This document shows, piece by piece, positions 8,308 through 19,000 of a DNA stretch of 38,631 bases. The DNA is from a virus. Its lineage: Duplodnaviria > Caudoviricetes. Below the pieces are notes generated by a model, which worked only from the letters and a program-made list of their open reading frames with translations, searched no databases and was not told the DNA's origin. The position numbers and the translations under genes were made by a program. Each line of letters starts with the position of its first letter. Within the stretch, counting starts at the first letter, position 1. The stretch covers positions 1 to 38,631 of the IMG/VR virus record IMGVR_UViG_3300032244_000153. One strand, 5' to 3'.

Positions 8308-9339
8308 ATGGCAACTCTTTCCAGCAACAACCTGACGCTCGCCGACTGGGCGAAGCGTACCGATCCCGAGGGCCGCGTTCCGGTCGTCGCGGAACTCCTC
8401 TCGCAGACCAACGAGATCCTCGAGGACTGCGTCTTCAAGGAGGGCAACCTCCCGACCGGCGACCGCGTCGTCATCCGCACGGGCCTCCCGAGCGTGTACT
8501 GGCGCGCGCTCAACCAGGGCATCCCGAACAGCAAGTCGACGACCGCGCAGGTCGACGAGGCTTGCGGCATCCTCGAGGCTCGCAGCGAGGTTGACAAGGA
8601 TCTCGCGATGCTGAACGGCAACACCGCCCAGTTCCGTCTGTCGGAGGACGTCGCGTTCCTCGAGGCGATGAACCAGACGCAGGCGACCACGCTGTTCTAC
8701 GGCAACCCCGCCACCGACCCGAAGCAGTTCCTCGGCCTCGCGCCGCGTTACTCGGACATCGGTGCCGGTTCGCCCAACAACGCGCAGAACATCATCTCGG
8801 CCGGTGGCTCCGACGCCACCAGCAACACCTCGATCTATCTCGTCGTGTGGGGTGACCAGACCGTGTACTGCCCGTTCCCGAAGGGCAGCTCGGCCGGCCT
8901 CATGCATGAGGATCTCGGCGAGCAGACCGTCTACAACAGCGATGGCACCCGCCTTCAGGCCTATGCCACCCGCTACCAGTGGAAGAACGGTCTGGTCGTG
9001 AAGGACTGGCGCTACGTTGTCCGCATCTGCAACATCGACACGGATGACCTGATCGGGCAGGCGACCACGCAGGCTCCGGGGGCTGCTACGGCCATCATCA
9101 AGCTGATGAGCCGCGCCCTGTACCGCATCCCGAACATGGCGATGGGTCGCGCCGCGTTCTACATGAACCGCACCGTCCACAGCGGCCTCGCGATTGCTGC
9201 GCTCGACAAGAGCCAGTACGTCCTGAAGGTCAACGAGGGTCTGTCGCAGTTCGGCACCCCGTACAGCTGGCTGTCCTTCCAGGGTGTTCCGCTCCGCAAG
9301 GTGGACGCCATCGTCAACACCGAAGCCGTCGTGAGCTGA
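8308..9339 (+). CDS. Major capsid protein (BPP-1 Bbp17-like)
   Basis: LTLADWAKR, ELLSQTNEILED, RTGLP, DWRYVVRICNID, FQGVPLRKVDAI. Confidence 0.95.
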   Translation: MATLSSNNLTLADWAKRTDPEGRVPVVAELLSQTNEILEDCVFKEGNLPTGDRVVIRTGLPSVYWRALNQGIPNSKSTTAQVDEACGILEARSEVDKDLAMLNGNTAQFRLSEDVAFLEAMNQTQATTLFYGNPATDPKQFLGLAPRYSDIGAGSPNNAQNIISAGGSDATSNTSIYLVVWGDQTVYCPFPKGSSAGLMHEDLGEQTVYNSDGTRLQAYATRYQWKNGLVVKDWRYVVRICNIDTDDLIGQATTQAPGAATAIIKLMSRALYRIPNMAMGRAAFYMNRTVHSGLAIAALDKSQYVLKVNEGLSQFGTPYSWLSFQGVPLRKVDAIVNTEAVVS

Positions 9340-9372
9340 TAGCTCCACGCAACAAGAAAGAAGGAACTCACC

Positions 9373-9849
9373 ATGATTCTCGACACCAATCTCGTCGTTT
9401 CCGGAACCGTGCCTGCCACCGGGGTGGCAACCGGGCAGGCGGCACTTCCTGTGTCTGGCACTCCCGTGCTTTCCACGGACACCATCGACCTTGCGGTCGC
9501 TCGCGACATTGGCGAAGGTTCGGATCTGTACATGAACTTCGTCACGGTCGCTGCATACAACAACCTGACGTCGCTGACGTTTGAGATCATCGGCGCGACG
9601 AACGCCGCTCTCTCGACCGGCGTGACCGTCATCGGATCGTCCGGGCCTGTTCTCCAGGCAAGCCTGACGGCGAACGCGCAGTTCTCCGTGCGGTTCAACC
9701 CGCAGCTCCTCTCGACCGGCCAGCGTTACATCGGCGCGCGGTACACCACGGTCGGTACGACTCCGACCACGGGCAGCGTGTGCGCCTATGTGGTGATGGA
9801 CGTCCAGGACGGCCGCAAGTTCTACGCGTCCGGCTTCTCGGTGACCTGA
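9373..9849 (+). CDS. Capsid cement protein (Bbp16-like)
   Basis: MILD...STDTIDL...RDIGEG...QRYIGARYT; follows the MCP. Confidence 0.85.
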   Translation: MILDTNLVVSGTVPATGVATGQAALPVSGTPVLSTDTIDLAVARDIGEGSDLYMNFVTVAAYNNLTSLTFEIIGATNAALSTGVTVIGSSGPVLQASLTANAQFSVRFNPQLLSTGQRYIGARYTTVGTTPTTGSVCAYVVMDVQDGRKFYASGFSVT

Positions 9850-9861
9850 TAGGAGAACCCG

Positions 9862-10056
9862 ATGGCAAAGGTCAAGGCAAAGGTCGTCTGCTTCGTGGAC
9901 AACCACTACCGCAACGAAGGCGACATGTTCGAGTACAACGGCCCGTTCAACGGGAACCTCGAGTACCTCGAGGCGCCCGAGGAGAAGGCCGTCGAAGAAC
10001 AGCCGGTTCGCAAGCTGCGGAAGCCCAAGAACGCCGCGACCGAAGCATCGGAGTGA
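9862..10056 (+). CDS. Small hypothetical virion-associated protein
   Basis: AGGAG RBS; CFVDNHYRNEGDMFEY. Confidence 0.75.
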   Translation: MAKVKAKVVCFVDNHYRNEGDMFEYNGPFNGNLEYLEAPEEKAVEEQPVRKLRKPKNAATEASE

Positions 10057-10074
10057 TCCTCGGATTGTGACTCG

Positions 10075-10115
10075 ACAGGAGGGGCGTCGGCGGGAAACCT
10101 CGACGCCCCTCCTGT
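10075..10115 (+). terminator. Strong hairpin after the capsid genes (terminator or RNA stabiliser)
   Basis: 15-bp perfect stem ACAGGAGGGGCGTCG/CGACGCCCCTCCTGT with an inner GG-GAAA-CC; weak U tail. Confidence 0.7.
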
Positions 10116-10133
10116 TCCTGATAGGAGGCCGGC

Positions 10134-10814
10134 ATGGCATCGGTCGTTGACATCTGCAACCTCGCGCTCGCGCACCTCGGGGACGACGCGACCGTCGCCA
10201 GCATCGACCCTCCGGAGGGATCGGCACAGGCCGAGCATTGCGCGCGCTTCTATCCCATCGCGCGCGACACCCTCCTCCAGACGCACGCATGGAACTTCGC
10301 CTCGCGCCGAGCCTCGCTCGCGCAGGTCACCATGCCGTACAGCATGTGGAAGTACGCATACGCGGTTCCCGGCGACATGATGACCGCCGTCGCCGTCCTT
10401 CCGCCCGAGGCGCAGAACGACTACGCGACGCGCTTCTCGCCGGCGGAATACCCGTACTACAACGCGAACTTCTCGCCGATGCTCGCCGCTGGGCAGTACG
10501 TGCCGCAGCGGTACTCCATCGAGACTGACACGCTCGGGAACAAGGTGCTGTACACCGACCAGGAGAACGCGCTCTTGCGGTACCAGGCGCTCGTCAACGA
10601 CCCGACCAAGTTCGACCCGCTGTTCACGATGGCGCTGTCGTGGCACCTCGCGTCAATGCTCGCCGGCCCGGTCATCAAGGGCGACCAGGGTTCCGCCGAG
10701 GCGAAGAAGTGCGCGCAGATGATGCTGCTGTATCTTCAGCAGGCGCGCGCGTCCGACGCGAACCAGCGCGACGTCAAGGTCGAACACATCGTCCCCTGGA
10801 CTTCAGGACGCTGA
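10134..10814 (+). CDS. Tail tubular protein A / adaptor (T7 gp11-like)
   Basis: MASVVDICNLALAHLG...HAWNFA...FDPLFTMALSWHLA. Confidence 0.9.
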   Translation: MASVVDICNLALAHLGDDATVASIDPPEGSAQAEHCARFYPIARDTLLQTHAWNFASRRASLAQVTMPYSMWKYAYAVPGDMMTAVAVLPPEAQNDYATRFSPAEYPYYNANFSPMLAAGQYVPQRYSIETDTLGNKVLYTDQENALLRYQALVNDPTKFDPLFTMALSWHLASMLAGPVIKGDQGSAEAKKCAQMMLLYLQQARASDANQRDVKVEHIVPWTSGR

Positions 10815-10817
10815 CCG

Positions 10818-13511
10818 ATGCCAAGCACCCGGACGTACTATCGCTCGTTCGCAGGCGGCGAGATCAGCCCGGAGATGTTCGGGCGCATCGACGACGCCAA
10901 GTACCAGACGGGCGCATCGACGATGCTCAACTTCATCGCGCTCCCGCAGGGCGCGGTGGAGAACCGTCCCGGCCTCGCGTTCGTGCGCGAGGTGAAGAAC
11001 AGCGCGTCCGCGACACGCCTGATCCCGTTCCAGTTCAGCCCGACCCAGACGCTGGTCGTGGAGATGGGTGCCGGGTACTTCCGGTTCCACACGCAGGGAG
11101 CGACGGTCGGGCCGGGAACGCCTGCCGCCTACAACGGCGCGACCGCATATGACGTCGGCGACCTCGTCGCGAGCGGTGGCGTGAACTACTACTGCATCGC
11201 GGCTACCACGGGCAACGCTCCTCCGAACGCGACCTACTGGTACGCGATGCCGGCGGGGATTCTCGAGATCCCGAACCCATACGCTGCTGCCGATCTGTTC
11301 GACATTCACTACGTGCAGAGCGGCGACATCGTCACGCTCGTCCATCCGTCCTATGCCGCGCGCGAGCTGCGTCGGTACGGCGCGACGGATTGGACTCTGA
11401 CGAGCATCAGCTTCTATTCGCCGATCAACTCGCCTTCGCCGATCACCGGAACCCCGTACCGTGGCGGGGCGCTCAACATCACGGCGGTCGCCATCGGCAG
11501 TCCAGGCGTCTTCACGACGGTGACCGATCATGGATTCACGAACGGCGACGTCGTCTTCATCGGCGAGTTGACGTTCACCAACCCGAACTCGATCAACAAC
11601 AACTTCTATACAGTCTTCGGCGTAACTGCGAACACGTTCCAAATCAAGAGGTACGACACCGGGCAGCAGATCAACACGGCGACCCTCGTCGCATACATCA
11701 GCGGCGGCTATGTGCAACCGGGATCGACTGCGTACCCGAAGCAGACGTACCGCGTGACATCGGTCACGGCAGACGGCCGCGAGAGTACGGACATCGATCT
11801 GCGATCCGTGTTCAACAATCTCGACGTTCCTGGTTCGTACAACCTGCTTTCGTGGTCGGCGGTATCCGGAGCAGCCTCGTACCGCATCTACAAGGAAACG
11901 CCAGGATTCATCGCAGCCCTGATCGGGACGACGACGGGTACATCTTTCGAGGACAACAACATCGCGCCGGATCTCGGCGTGACGTTCCCGAACAACGACA
12001 TCTCTCTGGACACGCAGTACCCGAGAGCGGTCGCCTACTACGAGCAGCGCCGCGTGTTCGCCGGCCCGAACGCGGCACCGCAGTCGATGTGGTTCACGGA
12101 GTCTGGAACCGAGAGTTCCATGATCTACCACACTCCGCTGCTCGACACCGACCGCATCAACATCAAGGTCGCCGCGCGCGAGAACAACACGATCCAGCAC
12201 CTCGTCCCGCTCACGCAGCTGCTGGCGCTGACGAACGCCGCCGAGTGGCGCGTCTCGCCGATCAACAGCGACGCGCTCACTCCGACCACGATCTCGGTTC
12301 GTCCGCAGTCGTACATCGGATCGAACAACGTGCAGCCCGTGGTCGTGAACAACGCGGTCGTCTACTGCGCGGCTCGCGGCGGCCACGTGCGCGAACTCGG
12401 CTACTCCTGGCAGTCGAGCGGGTTCATCACGGGCGACCTGTCGATCCGAGCGGCGCACCTGTTCGACGACCTCGAGATCGTTGACATGTGCTACGCGAAG
12501 GCTCCGCAGCCGCTGCTGTGGTTCGTGTCAACGAGCGGCAAGCTGCTCGGGCTGACGTACATCCCGGAGCAGCAGGTCGGCGCGTGGCACCAGCACCAGA
12601 CTGACGGCGCGTTCGAGAGCTGCACGGTCGTCTCCGAGGGCGACGAGGACTACCTGTACGTCGTGGTCAACCGCACCATCGGTGGTTCGACGAAGCGGTA
12701 CGTCGAGCGCATGGCGTCGCGTAACTTCGACGCGCTCGAGGATGCGTTCTTCGTTGACAGCGGCCTGACCTACGACGGCACGAACACCACGGCAACGACC
12801 GTGACCGTCACGACCGCGAGCGATTGGACGCCGGCGGCGACTCTCACGATCACCGCCAGCGCGACCACGTTCGCGTGGCCAGCCACGACCGATGTCGGGG
12901 ACGTCATCGTCCTGACGGACACGGACGGCACCAAGTACAGGCTGACGATCCTCTCGACCTCGTCAACGACCGTTGCCACGGCGCGCGTTGACAAGACGCT
13001 CGGCACCGCGTTCCGGGGCGTCCCGACCACGACCTGGGCTTGGGCGCGAGACACGGTCGGCGGCCTGTCGCACCTGAACGGAAAGACTGTGTCGATCCTC
13101 GGCGATGGCGCGGTGATGACGCAGCGCGTTGTGTCGTCCGGATCTGTGACACTCGACCGTCCGGCGACTGTGGTGCAGGTCGGTCTGCCGTATCAGTCCG
13201 ACCTGAAGACGCTTCCGATGATTATCCAGATGGAGGCGTTCGGGCAGGGCAGGAACAAGAACCTCAACAAGGCGTACCTGCGCGTATATCGCTCGAGCGG
13301 AATCTTCGCTGGGCCGTCCGACACGAAGCTCATTGAGTTCAAGCAGCGCACGACCGAGCCGTATGGCTCGCCGCCGGCATTGAAGACCGAGGAGATCGGC
13401 ATCGACCTGAAGCCGTCGTGGAACCCGGACGGATACCTGTTCGTGCGGCAGTCTGACCCGCTGCCGCTGACCATCGTCGGGGTCACGCTCGAGGTCGTAA
13501 TCGGAGGCTGA
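10818..13511 (+). CDS. Tail tubular protein B / nozzle (T7 gp12-like) with inserted modules
   Basis: SFAGGEISP, YVQSGDI, YPRAVAYYEQR, EQQVGAWHQH, LSHLNGKTV, QSDPLPLTI. Confidence 0.92.
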   Translation: MPSTRTYYRSFAGGEISPEMFGRIDDAKYQTGASTMLNFIALPQGAVENRPGLAFVREVKNSASATRLIPFQFSPTQTLVVEMGAGYFRFHTQGATVGPGTPAAYNGATAYDVGDLVASGGVNYYCIAATTGNAPPNATYWYAMPAGILEIPNPYAAADLFDIHYVQSGDIVTLVHPSYAARELRRYGATDWTLTSISFYSPINSPSPITGTPYRGGALNITAVAIGSPGVFTTVTDHGFTNGDVVFIGELTFTNPNSINNNFYTVFGVTANTFQIKRYDTGQQINTATLVAYISGGYVQPGSTAYPKQTYRVTSVTADGRESTDIDLRSVFNNLDVPGSYNLLSWSAVSGAASYRIYKETPGFIAALIGTTTGTSFEDNNIAPDLGVTFPNNDISLDTQYPRAVAYYEQRRVFAGPNAAPQSMWFTESGTESSMIYHTPLLDTDRINIKVAARENNTIQHLVPLTQLLALTNAAEWRVSPINSDALTPTTISVRPQSYIGSNNVQPVVVNNAVVYCAARGGHVRELGYSWQSSGFITGDLSIRAAHLFDDLEIVDMCYAKAPQPLLWFVSTSGKLLGLTYIPEQQVGAWHQHQTDGAFESCTVVSEGDEDYLYVVVNRTIGGSTKRYVERMASRNFDALEDAFFVDSGLTYDGTNTTATTVTVTTASDWTPAATLTITASATTFAWPATTDVGDVIVLTDTDGTKYRLTILSTSSTTVATARVDKTLGTAFRGVPTTTWAWARDTVGGLSHLNGKTVSILGDGAVMTQRVVSSGSVTLDRPATVVQVGLPYQSDLKTLPMIIQMEAFGQGRNKNLNKAYLRVYRSSGIFAGPSDTKLIEFKQRTTEPYGSPPALKTEEIGIDLKPSWNPDGYLFVRQSDPLPLTIVGVTLEVVIGG

Positions 13512-13512
13512 C

Positions 13513-14208
13513 ATGGCACTACAGGCAGGCGCACAAAGTCCTCTGTACGGCGAATCCTCGACGTTCCTCGTCGGCACGGCAGATGCCGGGGCCGCCCCGA
13601 GCTGGGCGAGCGGCGTGGCGCAGGGTCTGGAGATGGCCGGCCCAATCGTCTCGATCTTCGGTGCCGTCACCGGGGCCATCGGGTCGTTCTATGCGGCGCA
13701 GAGTCAGCAGAACCAGCTCCGCATGCAGGCGCAGAACCAGGCGTTCGCTGCGGAGATGGGCCGCGTCAACCAGCGCGCGGCGAGGTACACGGCCGCCGAG
13801 ATCGGTCGCGCGGGGCAGGAGCGGACGAGCGCGTTCCTCGCGCAGCGGTCGCAGGCTCGCGCCGGCGCACGGGCTGCGATGGCAAGTCGCGGCCTTCAGC
13901 TCGGCGTCGGCTCCGCGAAGGAAGTCATCGCGAGCATGGACATCACGACGGAGATCGACCGCCTGTCAATGAGCGCGGCGAACGTGCGCGCGCAGGAGGC
14001 GGCGAAGCTCCAGGCGTTCAACATCGGGACGCAGGCGATGATGAGCGACATCTCCGCGCAGAACCTGCGCGCGACCGCGAACACCATCTATCCCGGACTC
14101 GCCCTCGGGACGAGCCTGCTTGGAAGTGCCGCCGACATCGGCAGCATGTGGGCGCGCAACAAGCGCATTGAGGAACTCCTGTCCGGCGTGTCAACGCAGA
14201 GGCTCTGA
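13513..14208 (+). CDS. Internal virion/ejection protein (T7 gp14-like position)
   Basis: Ala/Gln-rich, ARAAMASRGL..GSA motif; first of three genes after the nozzle. Confidence 0.8.
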   Translation: MALQAGAQSPLYGESSTFLVGTADAGAAPSWASGVAQGLEMAGPIVSIFGAVTGAIGSFYAAQSQQNQLRMQAQNQAFAAEMGRVNQRAARYTAAEIGRAGQERTSAFLAQRSQARAGARAAMASRGLQLGVGSAKEVIASMDITTEIDRLSMSAANVRAQEAAKLQAFNIGTQAMMSDISAQNLRATANTIYPGLALGTSLLGSAADIGSMWARNKRIEELLSGVSTQRL

Positions 14209-14211
14209 TCC

Positions 14212-16026
14212 ATGCCGACCGTACCTACGACTTTCGTTCCGCAGGTCGCACCGCAGGGCGGAGGCGACATCGGCCAGTTCGCAGCTCCCGGCGTCGCGCC
14301 GATGGAGAACCTAGCCCCGAGGCAGCAGATTGAGCTGGGGCGCACGATGACGCAGGCCGGCAACGTGGCGTTCCGCGTCGGCTCGAGCCTTCAGGACGCG
14401 CTCGACGAGGCAGCGGCGAAGGAGGCAGACGTCGCCGTCCTGACGCAGTTCGGGGAACTCTCGAGCGCCTACCTGTCAACGCAGGGGAAGGAATCGGAGA
14501 CGCAGTTCCAGGCCGCGTCCGAACGCCTGTCGCAGATCGGCGCGACGGCGATGGACGGACTCCAGACCGAGACGCAGAAGCGAATGTTCGCGCCCGTCCT
14601 TGCGCGCAACATGGCGTCGATCCAGACGCGCATGGCCGGACACCGCAACGAGCAGGTCAAGCAGTACAACGTCAAGGAGGGCATCGCCCGTGGCGAGATG
14701 TACGCAGACCAGGCGGTCGTGGCCTACGCCAACAAGGACGCCATCAACCCGATGACGGGCCAGCCGTTCGGGCGCGACGAGTACGACGTCAACATCGGCG
14801 TCGCCCTGAACAGCATCCGCTCCGCTGCCGCCGAGATGGGCATCCCTGCCGATTCCGCGCAGGTGAAGCAGATGGAGCAGCGCGTGTACGACAAGGTCGC
14901 GACGGGCGTGGTCGGCGACCTGATGCGGCAGAACAAGTACGCCGAGGCGCAGGCGTTCCTCGACGAGATGTCGGGCGTTGACCCGAAGACCAACGAGACG
15001 CTACGCACCTCGCTCGACGCGAACCGCAAGCGCACGACCATCGAGGAGCTGACGAACAGCATCCGCTCGCAGGGAGTGCTGAACGCCAAGAGCGACCCCG
15101 AGACGTATGGGCAGACTGCCGGCGAGACGACCGCGCAGCCCGAGACGCTGCGCGAGGCGCTCGAGGTCGCCGAGGGCATTGAGGACGTCGAGACGCGCCG
15201 GCTGGTGCAGTCGAACCTTCGGTCGCAGTTCGCGCAGGAAGACACGCTCGCAGACCAGGAATACCGCACGCAGCTCGAGAACATTGAGCAGTTCCTCGCG
15301 GTTCCGAGCAACGGCATCGGAGACGTCGATCCCATCGCGTGGGGCGCGCTGAAGCCGCTCGACCGCGAGCGACTGATGCTCGGGCAGGGACGCCGCAACG
15401 ACCAACAGGTTCTCGACCAGGTCTACACCGACCCGGCGAAGCTCACGCCGGAGTTCCTCTCCGCGAACTGGCGCAAGCTCACGCCCGAGACGTATCGCAA
15501 GCTCGCCGACACGCTCGCGAAGCCCGGTGCCATCATGGACGCCACGGTTGACGCGCAGCAGGTCAACCGCACGCTCATCGACAACGGCATGACGAACCTC
15601 GCTGCCGCCGACAAGGGCGACGCGAAGGACTGGCAGGCGTCCGTGATTCTGCGGCAGAACATTCAGGAGTCGATTGCGATGGAGCAGGAGCGGCTCGGGC
15701 GCAAGATGTCCGACCGCGAGAAGCAGCCGTTCATCGACCAAGCGATCCTCCAGATGGGCAAGGTCAAGAGCAAAACGATGGGAATCGATTGGCTGTCGCG
15801 TGATCCGCAGATGCCGATTGCCGCGATGACCGCAGAGCAGCAGAAGAAGGCATACGTCGAGATCGCTGGCAAGGAGATGCCGCTGCTTCAAGCGCAGGCA
15901 GAGGTCATGGATATCCCCGACGCCGAGGTGCTGAAGATCGTCAAGGCAATGCAGGACGCCGGCGTGACTCGCCCGACGTCGTTCGAGATCCTCGCCGCGT
16001 GGTACGACAAGAAGGGCAAGAAGTGA
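14212..16026 (+). CDS. Internal virion/ejection protein (T7 gp15-like position)
   Basis: MPTVPT start, helical 604 aa, synteny. Confidence 0.8.
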   Translation: MPTVPTTFVPQVAPQGGGDIGQFAAPGVAPMENLAPRQQIELGRTMTQAGNVAFRVGSSLQDALDEAAAKEADVAVLTQFGELSSAYLSTQGKESETQFQAASERLSQIGATAMDGLQTETQKRMFAPVLARNMASIQTRMAGHRNEQVKQYNVKEGIARGEMYADQAVVAYANKDAINPMTGQPFGRDEYDVNIGVALNSIRSAAAEMGIPADSAQVKQMEQRVYDKVATGVVGDLMRQNKYAEAQAFLDEMSGVDPKTNETLRTSLDANRKRTTIEELTNSIRSQGVLNAKSDPETYGQTAGETTAQPETLREALEVAEGIEDVETRRLVQSNLRSQFAQEDTLADQEYRTQLENIEQFLAVPSNGIGDVDPIAWGALKPLDRERLMLGQGRRNDQQVLDQVYTDPAKLTPEFLSANWRKLTPETYRKLADTLAKPGAIMDATVDAQQVNRTLIDNGMTNLAAADKGDAKDWQASVILRQNIQESIAMEQERLGRKMSDREKQPFIDQAILQMGKVKSKTMGIDWLSRDPQMPIAAMTAEQQKKAYVEIAGKEMPLLQAQAEVMDIPDAEVLKIVKAMQDAGVTRPTSFEILAAWYDKKGKK

Positions 16027-19000
16027 TCGACGAAGACATCAACGAGCGTATGGCCCGACTCGTCCCCCAGCCCGGAGGCATCGGCGAGATGCCTTCCCAG
16101 ATCCCGCTCGGCATCAGCATGACGCCGACGTTTGAGCGCCCGAACGCCGCCCCGGACATTGACACCGACTACGCGGACGCGGCACGGCGCATCGCCGACA
16201 GCCGGCGCACGCAGATGATGTCGTCGCTCGTCAACATCACGGCCGTCGACCCCGACAGCGCGGCACGGTCGCAGAAGCTCGGCGCGCAGTTCGGCGTCGG
16301 CGGCGACCTGGCGGCGCGCAACGCCGAGGAGTTTCGGCAGCGCGCGTTCATTGACAGCATCTCCGGTCGCGACATGCTGCGACGCAACCCCGTCCTCGCG
16401 GACTACATCGCGCAGCGGCAGTTCGCGGAGATCGCGCACGACGACGTCGACGCGCTCGCGAAGACCGAGCAGGAGTTCAGCAAGGGCTGGTTCGCTCGTT
16501 TCGACCGCCCGGTTTCCGAGGTCGTGTCCGAGGGCATCGCCGGCATCGGCGAGGGTTTCGGCCGTGCGGTCGCGCAGGAGGAGATGTTCGCCATCGCGGA
16601 GCGCGTGTCGCAGCGCGGCGGTCGCATGGAGGTTTACGAGAAGGCGGCTCTGGACTCGTACCGCGAGGAAATGGCGAAGGGCGGCGAGCGCGGCGGTTTT
16701 CTTGAGGAAGCCGCTTACATTGGCACACAGCAGCTTACGAGCGCCCCGAGGATGATTGAACCGGCAATGATGGGCGCGACCGCAGGCGGCGCAATCGGCC
16801 TCGTCGGCGGCCCTGCCGGATTCGCCACCGTCCCGGCCGGCATGGCAACGGGGTTTTCTGCTGGTTTGTTTGCTGGAGCGTTTGAAAACTCGCGCAGAAT
16901 GGAGACTGCGCTCCTGTACTTGGACTTGCTTCCGGAAATTGGACACGAATCAGCAACCAGAATCGCCAATACTGTTGGCGTATTCAATGGCGCTCTAGAT
17001 GCTGGCGCAGCACGGCTCGTTGCCAAGCCGTTCGCCGGGTTGCTGCGCGGTGCCGTGCGGCAGAAGGTCAGCGAGTCAATCCGCCAGCAGACGACCCGCG
17101 CCGCGCTCGCCAACGCCGCGAAGGCATACGGCATCGGCGTCGCCGGCGAGGTCACGACCGAGACGGTGCAGGAGCTGAACAACGTCATCGGCTCGGAGAT
17201 CGGTCGCTACCTGGCCGACAAGCCGATGGAGATCGAGACGGAGGAAGGGCGCGAGGCCATCGCTACCCGTCTCGTTGACACGTTCGTCGCGACCGCGATG
17301 GGCATGTCGATCATGGGCGCGCCGGGGCCGGCGGGTCGGCTGTACGTTGACACGCGCGCCGCGAAGCAGGGCGAGCAGCAGGCCGCCAAGCTTCAGTCGA
17401 TGGTGAAAGCCATCGCCGACAACAAGCTACTGGCGCGGTCGCCCGAGCGCCTCGAGGAGTTCGCCGAGTCGGCCGTCGAAGGCACGGACTCGGAGACGAC
17501 CTACGTCAACGCGGCGGTCATGCACGACATCCTGCGGCAGTCCGGGATCACGGAGCAGGAGATGGACACCGTGCTTCCCGGCGTGCGCGCGCAGCTCACG
17601 GAGATGCAGCAGAACGGCATTGACCTGGGCAACAACGACGTCACGGTGCCGACCGCGCAGATGACCGTCCGGTTGCAGAAGACGCCGCTCCTGAACCAGA
17701 TCCTGCCGCACGCTCGCCTGTCGCCCGACGCGATGAGCATCACCGAGGTGCAGCAGTTCGAGGCGAACCGCGAGCAGCTCGTCGCCGAGGCTCGCCAGAT
17801 CATGGAGACGCGGCAGGAGACGGACGCCACGTTTGTCGCCGAGGCGCAGCAGGTCGAGGACAATGCGTTCGAGCAGGTTCGTCCAGTTCTTGATGCCATC
17901 AATATCGAAAAAGACATTGACAAGGACATGGCGGCGCGGACGATTGCCAAGTTGCGTCAGGCGATGGTGGTCGTTGACGCTGCGGAAGCCGGAATGACTC
18001 CGCTGCAATATGAGCGCGAATACGGAAGCCCGTTGCGCGTGCAGGGCGATGTCGCGCCTGTCGCGCCGCTCGAGCAGGCTATTACGCTTGAGCAGGCCGC
18101 CACTATCGACGCCGACTACCTCGCTGCCGTTGAGCGCGGTGACATGGCGACGGCGCAGCGCATGGTGGACGATGCGGCGATGGTTCAGGGACAGGAAGCC
18201 GTCACCTACGACGAGCAGGGCAACGTCGTCCCGCTGTCGCGCCGGTTTGACATCACCAGCCCGAAGCTCTTCGAGCAGGCGGCGATCAGTCGCGTGAGTG
18301 GATTGGGAGCTGAAGCCGCACGAAAATTGCGAGAGTCGGTAGCTGCTGACGGCGGCAAGAATGTAAGGGACATTACCGCCGATCAAGTCATTACTGATGA
18401 GCGCATTCCGACAATCACGCTGCAAGACCTGGTTGGAAAGCGAATCTTCCCGACCATTGCTGATCGCACAGCGGCTGGCGTGATCTACACGGGTATCGAT
18501 AGCAGCAAGGTTAATGTTGCCATTGAACTGCTCGGCGGCCCGTTGTTTCCGTTGCGCGAGTCAAACTTCAATGCAGGGGTGATCTGGGCTAATCGCGGAA
18601 AAGAAGTAATTTCCGCAAAGGGAAAGAAGATCGCCGAAGGTGCCGACTACATGATTGTGTTGATGGGCGATGCAGACATGCACAAGTCCAACACCACGGT
18701 CGCAAACGTCTTCTTTGCGACGCTAGAGGCGTATGTTCGTGATAAGCGGATCACCAAGAAAAATGCAGCAGCACTCACCAAATTGGTGAAAGATTCGGAG
18801 ACGAAAGACACAGATGTGCAGAAGTACATCGAGAAGTTCCCAGGATTAGATGACATCGCAACGCTCGAGGATTACCTGCACAGCATCAGCTTCACGGCTC
18901 GCGCTCGTCTGATTGATATTCTTGGAAGCAAGGCAGCTCTGGAACTTGGAGCGCCATCGATGGAGCGCATCCTTGACGCAACAAGAGAGGAGAGCATGGC

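Noticed and set aside
7654-10290. 878-aa minus-strand ORF and other long antisense ORFs (2457..3824, 4251..5867, 10803..12458, 20526..22256)
   Set aside because: Shadow ORFs opposite well-supported genes; expected in high-GC DNA with strong codon bias
15999-16022. Upstream start of the giant ORF given in the track
   Set aside because: GTG at 16023 overlapping the upstream TGA is the more typical coupled start
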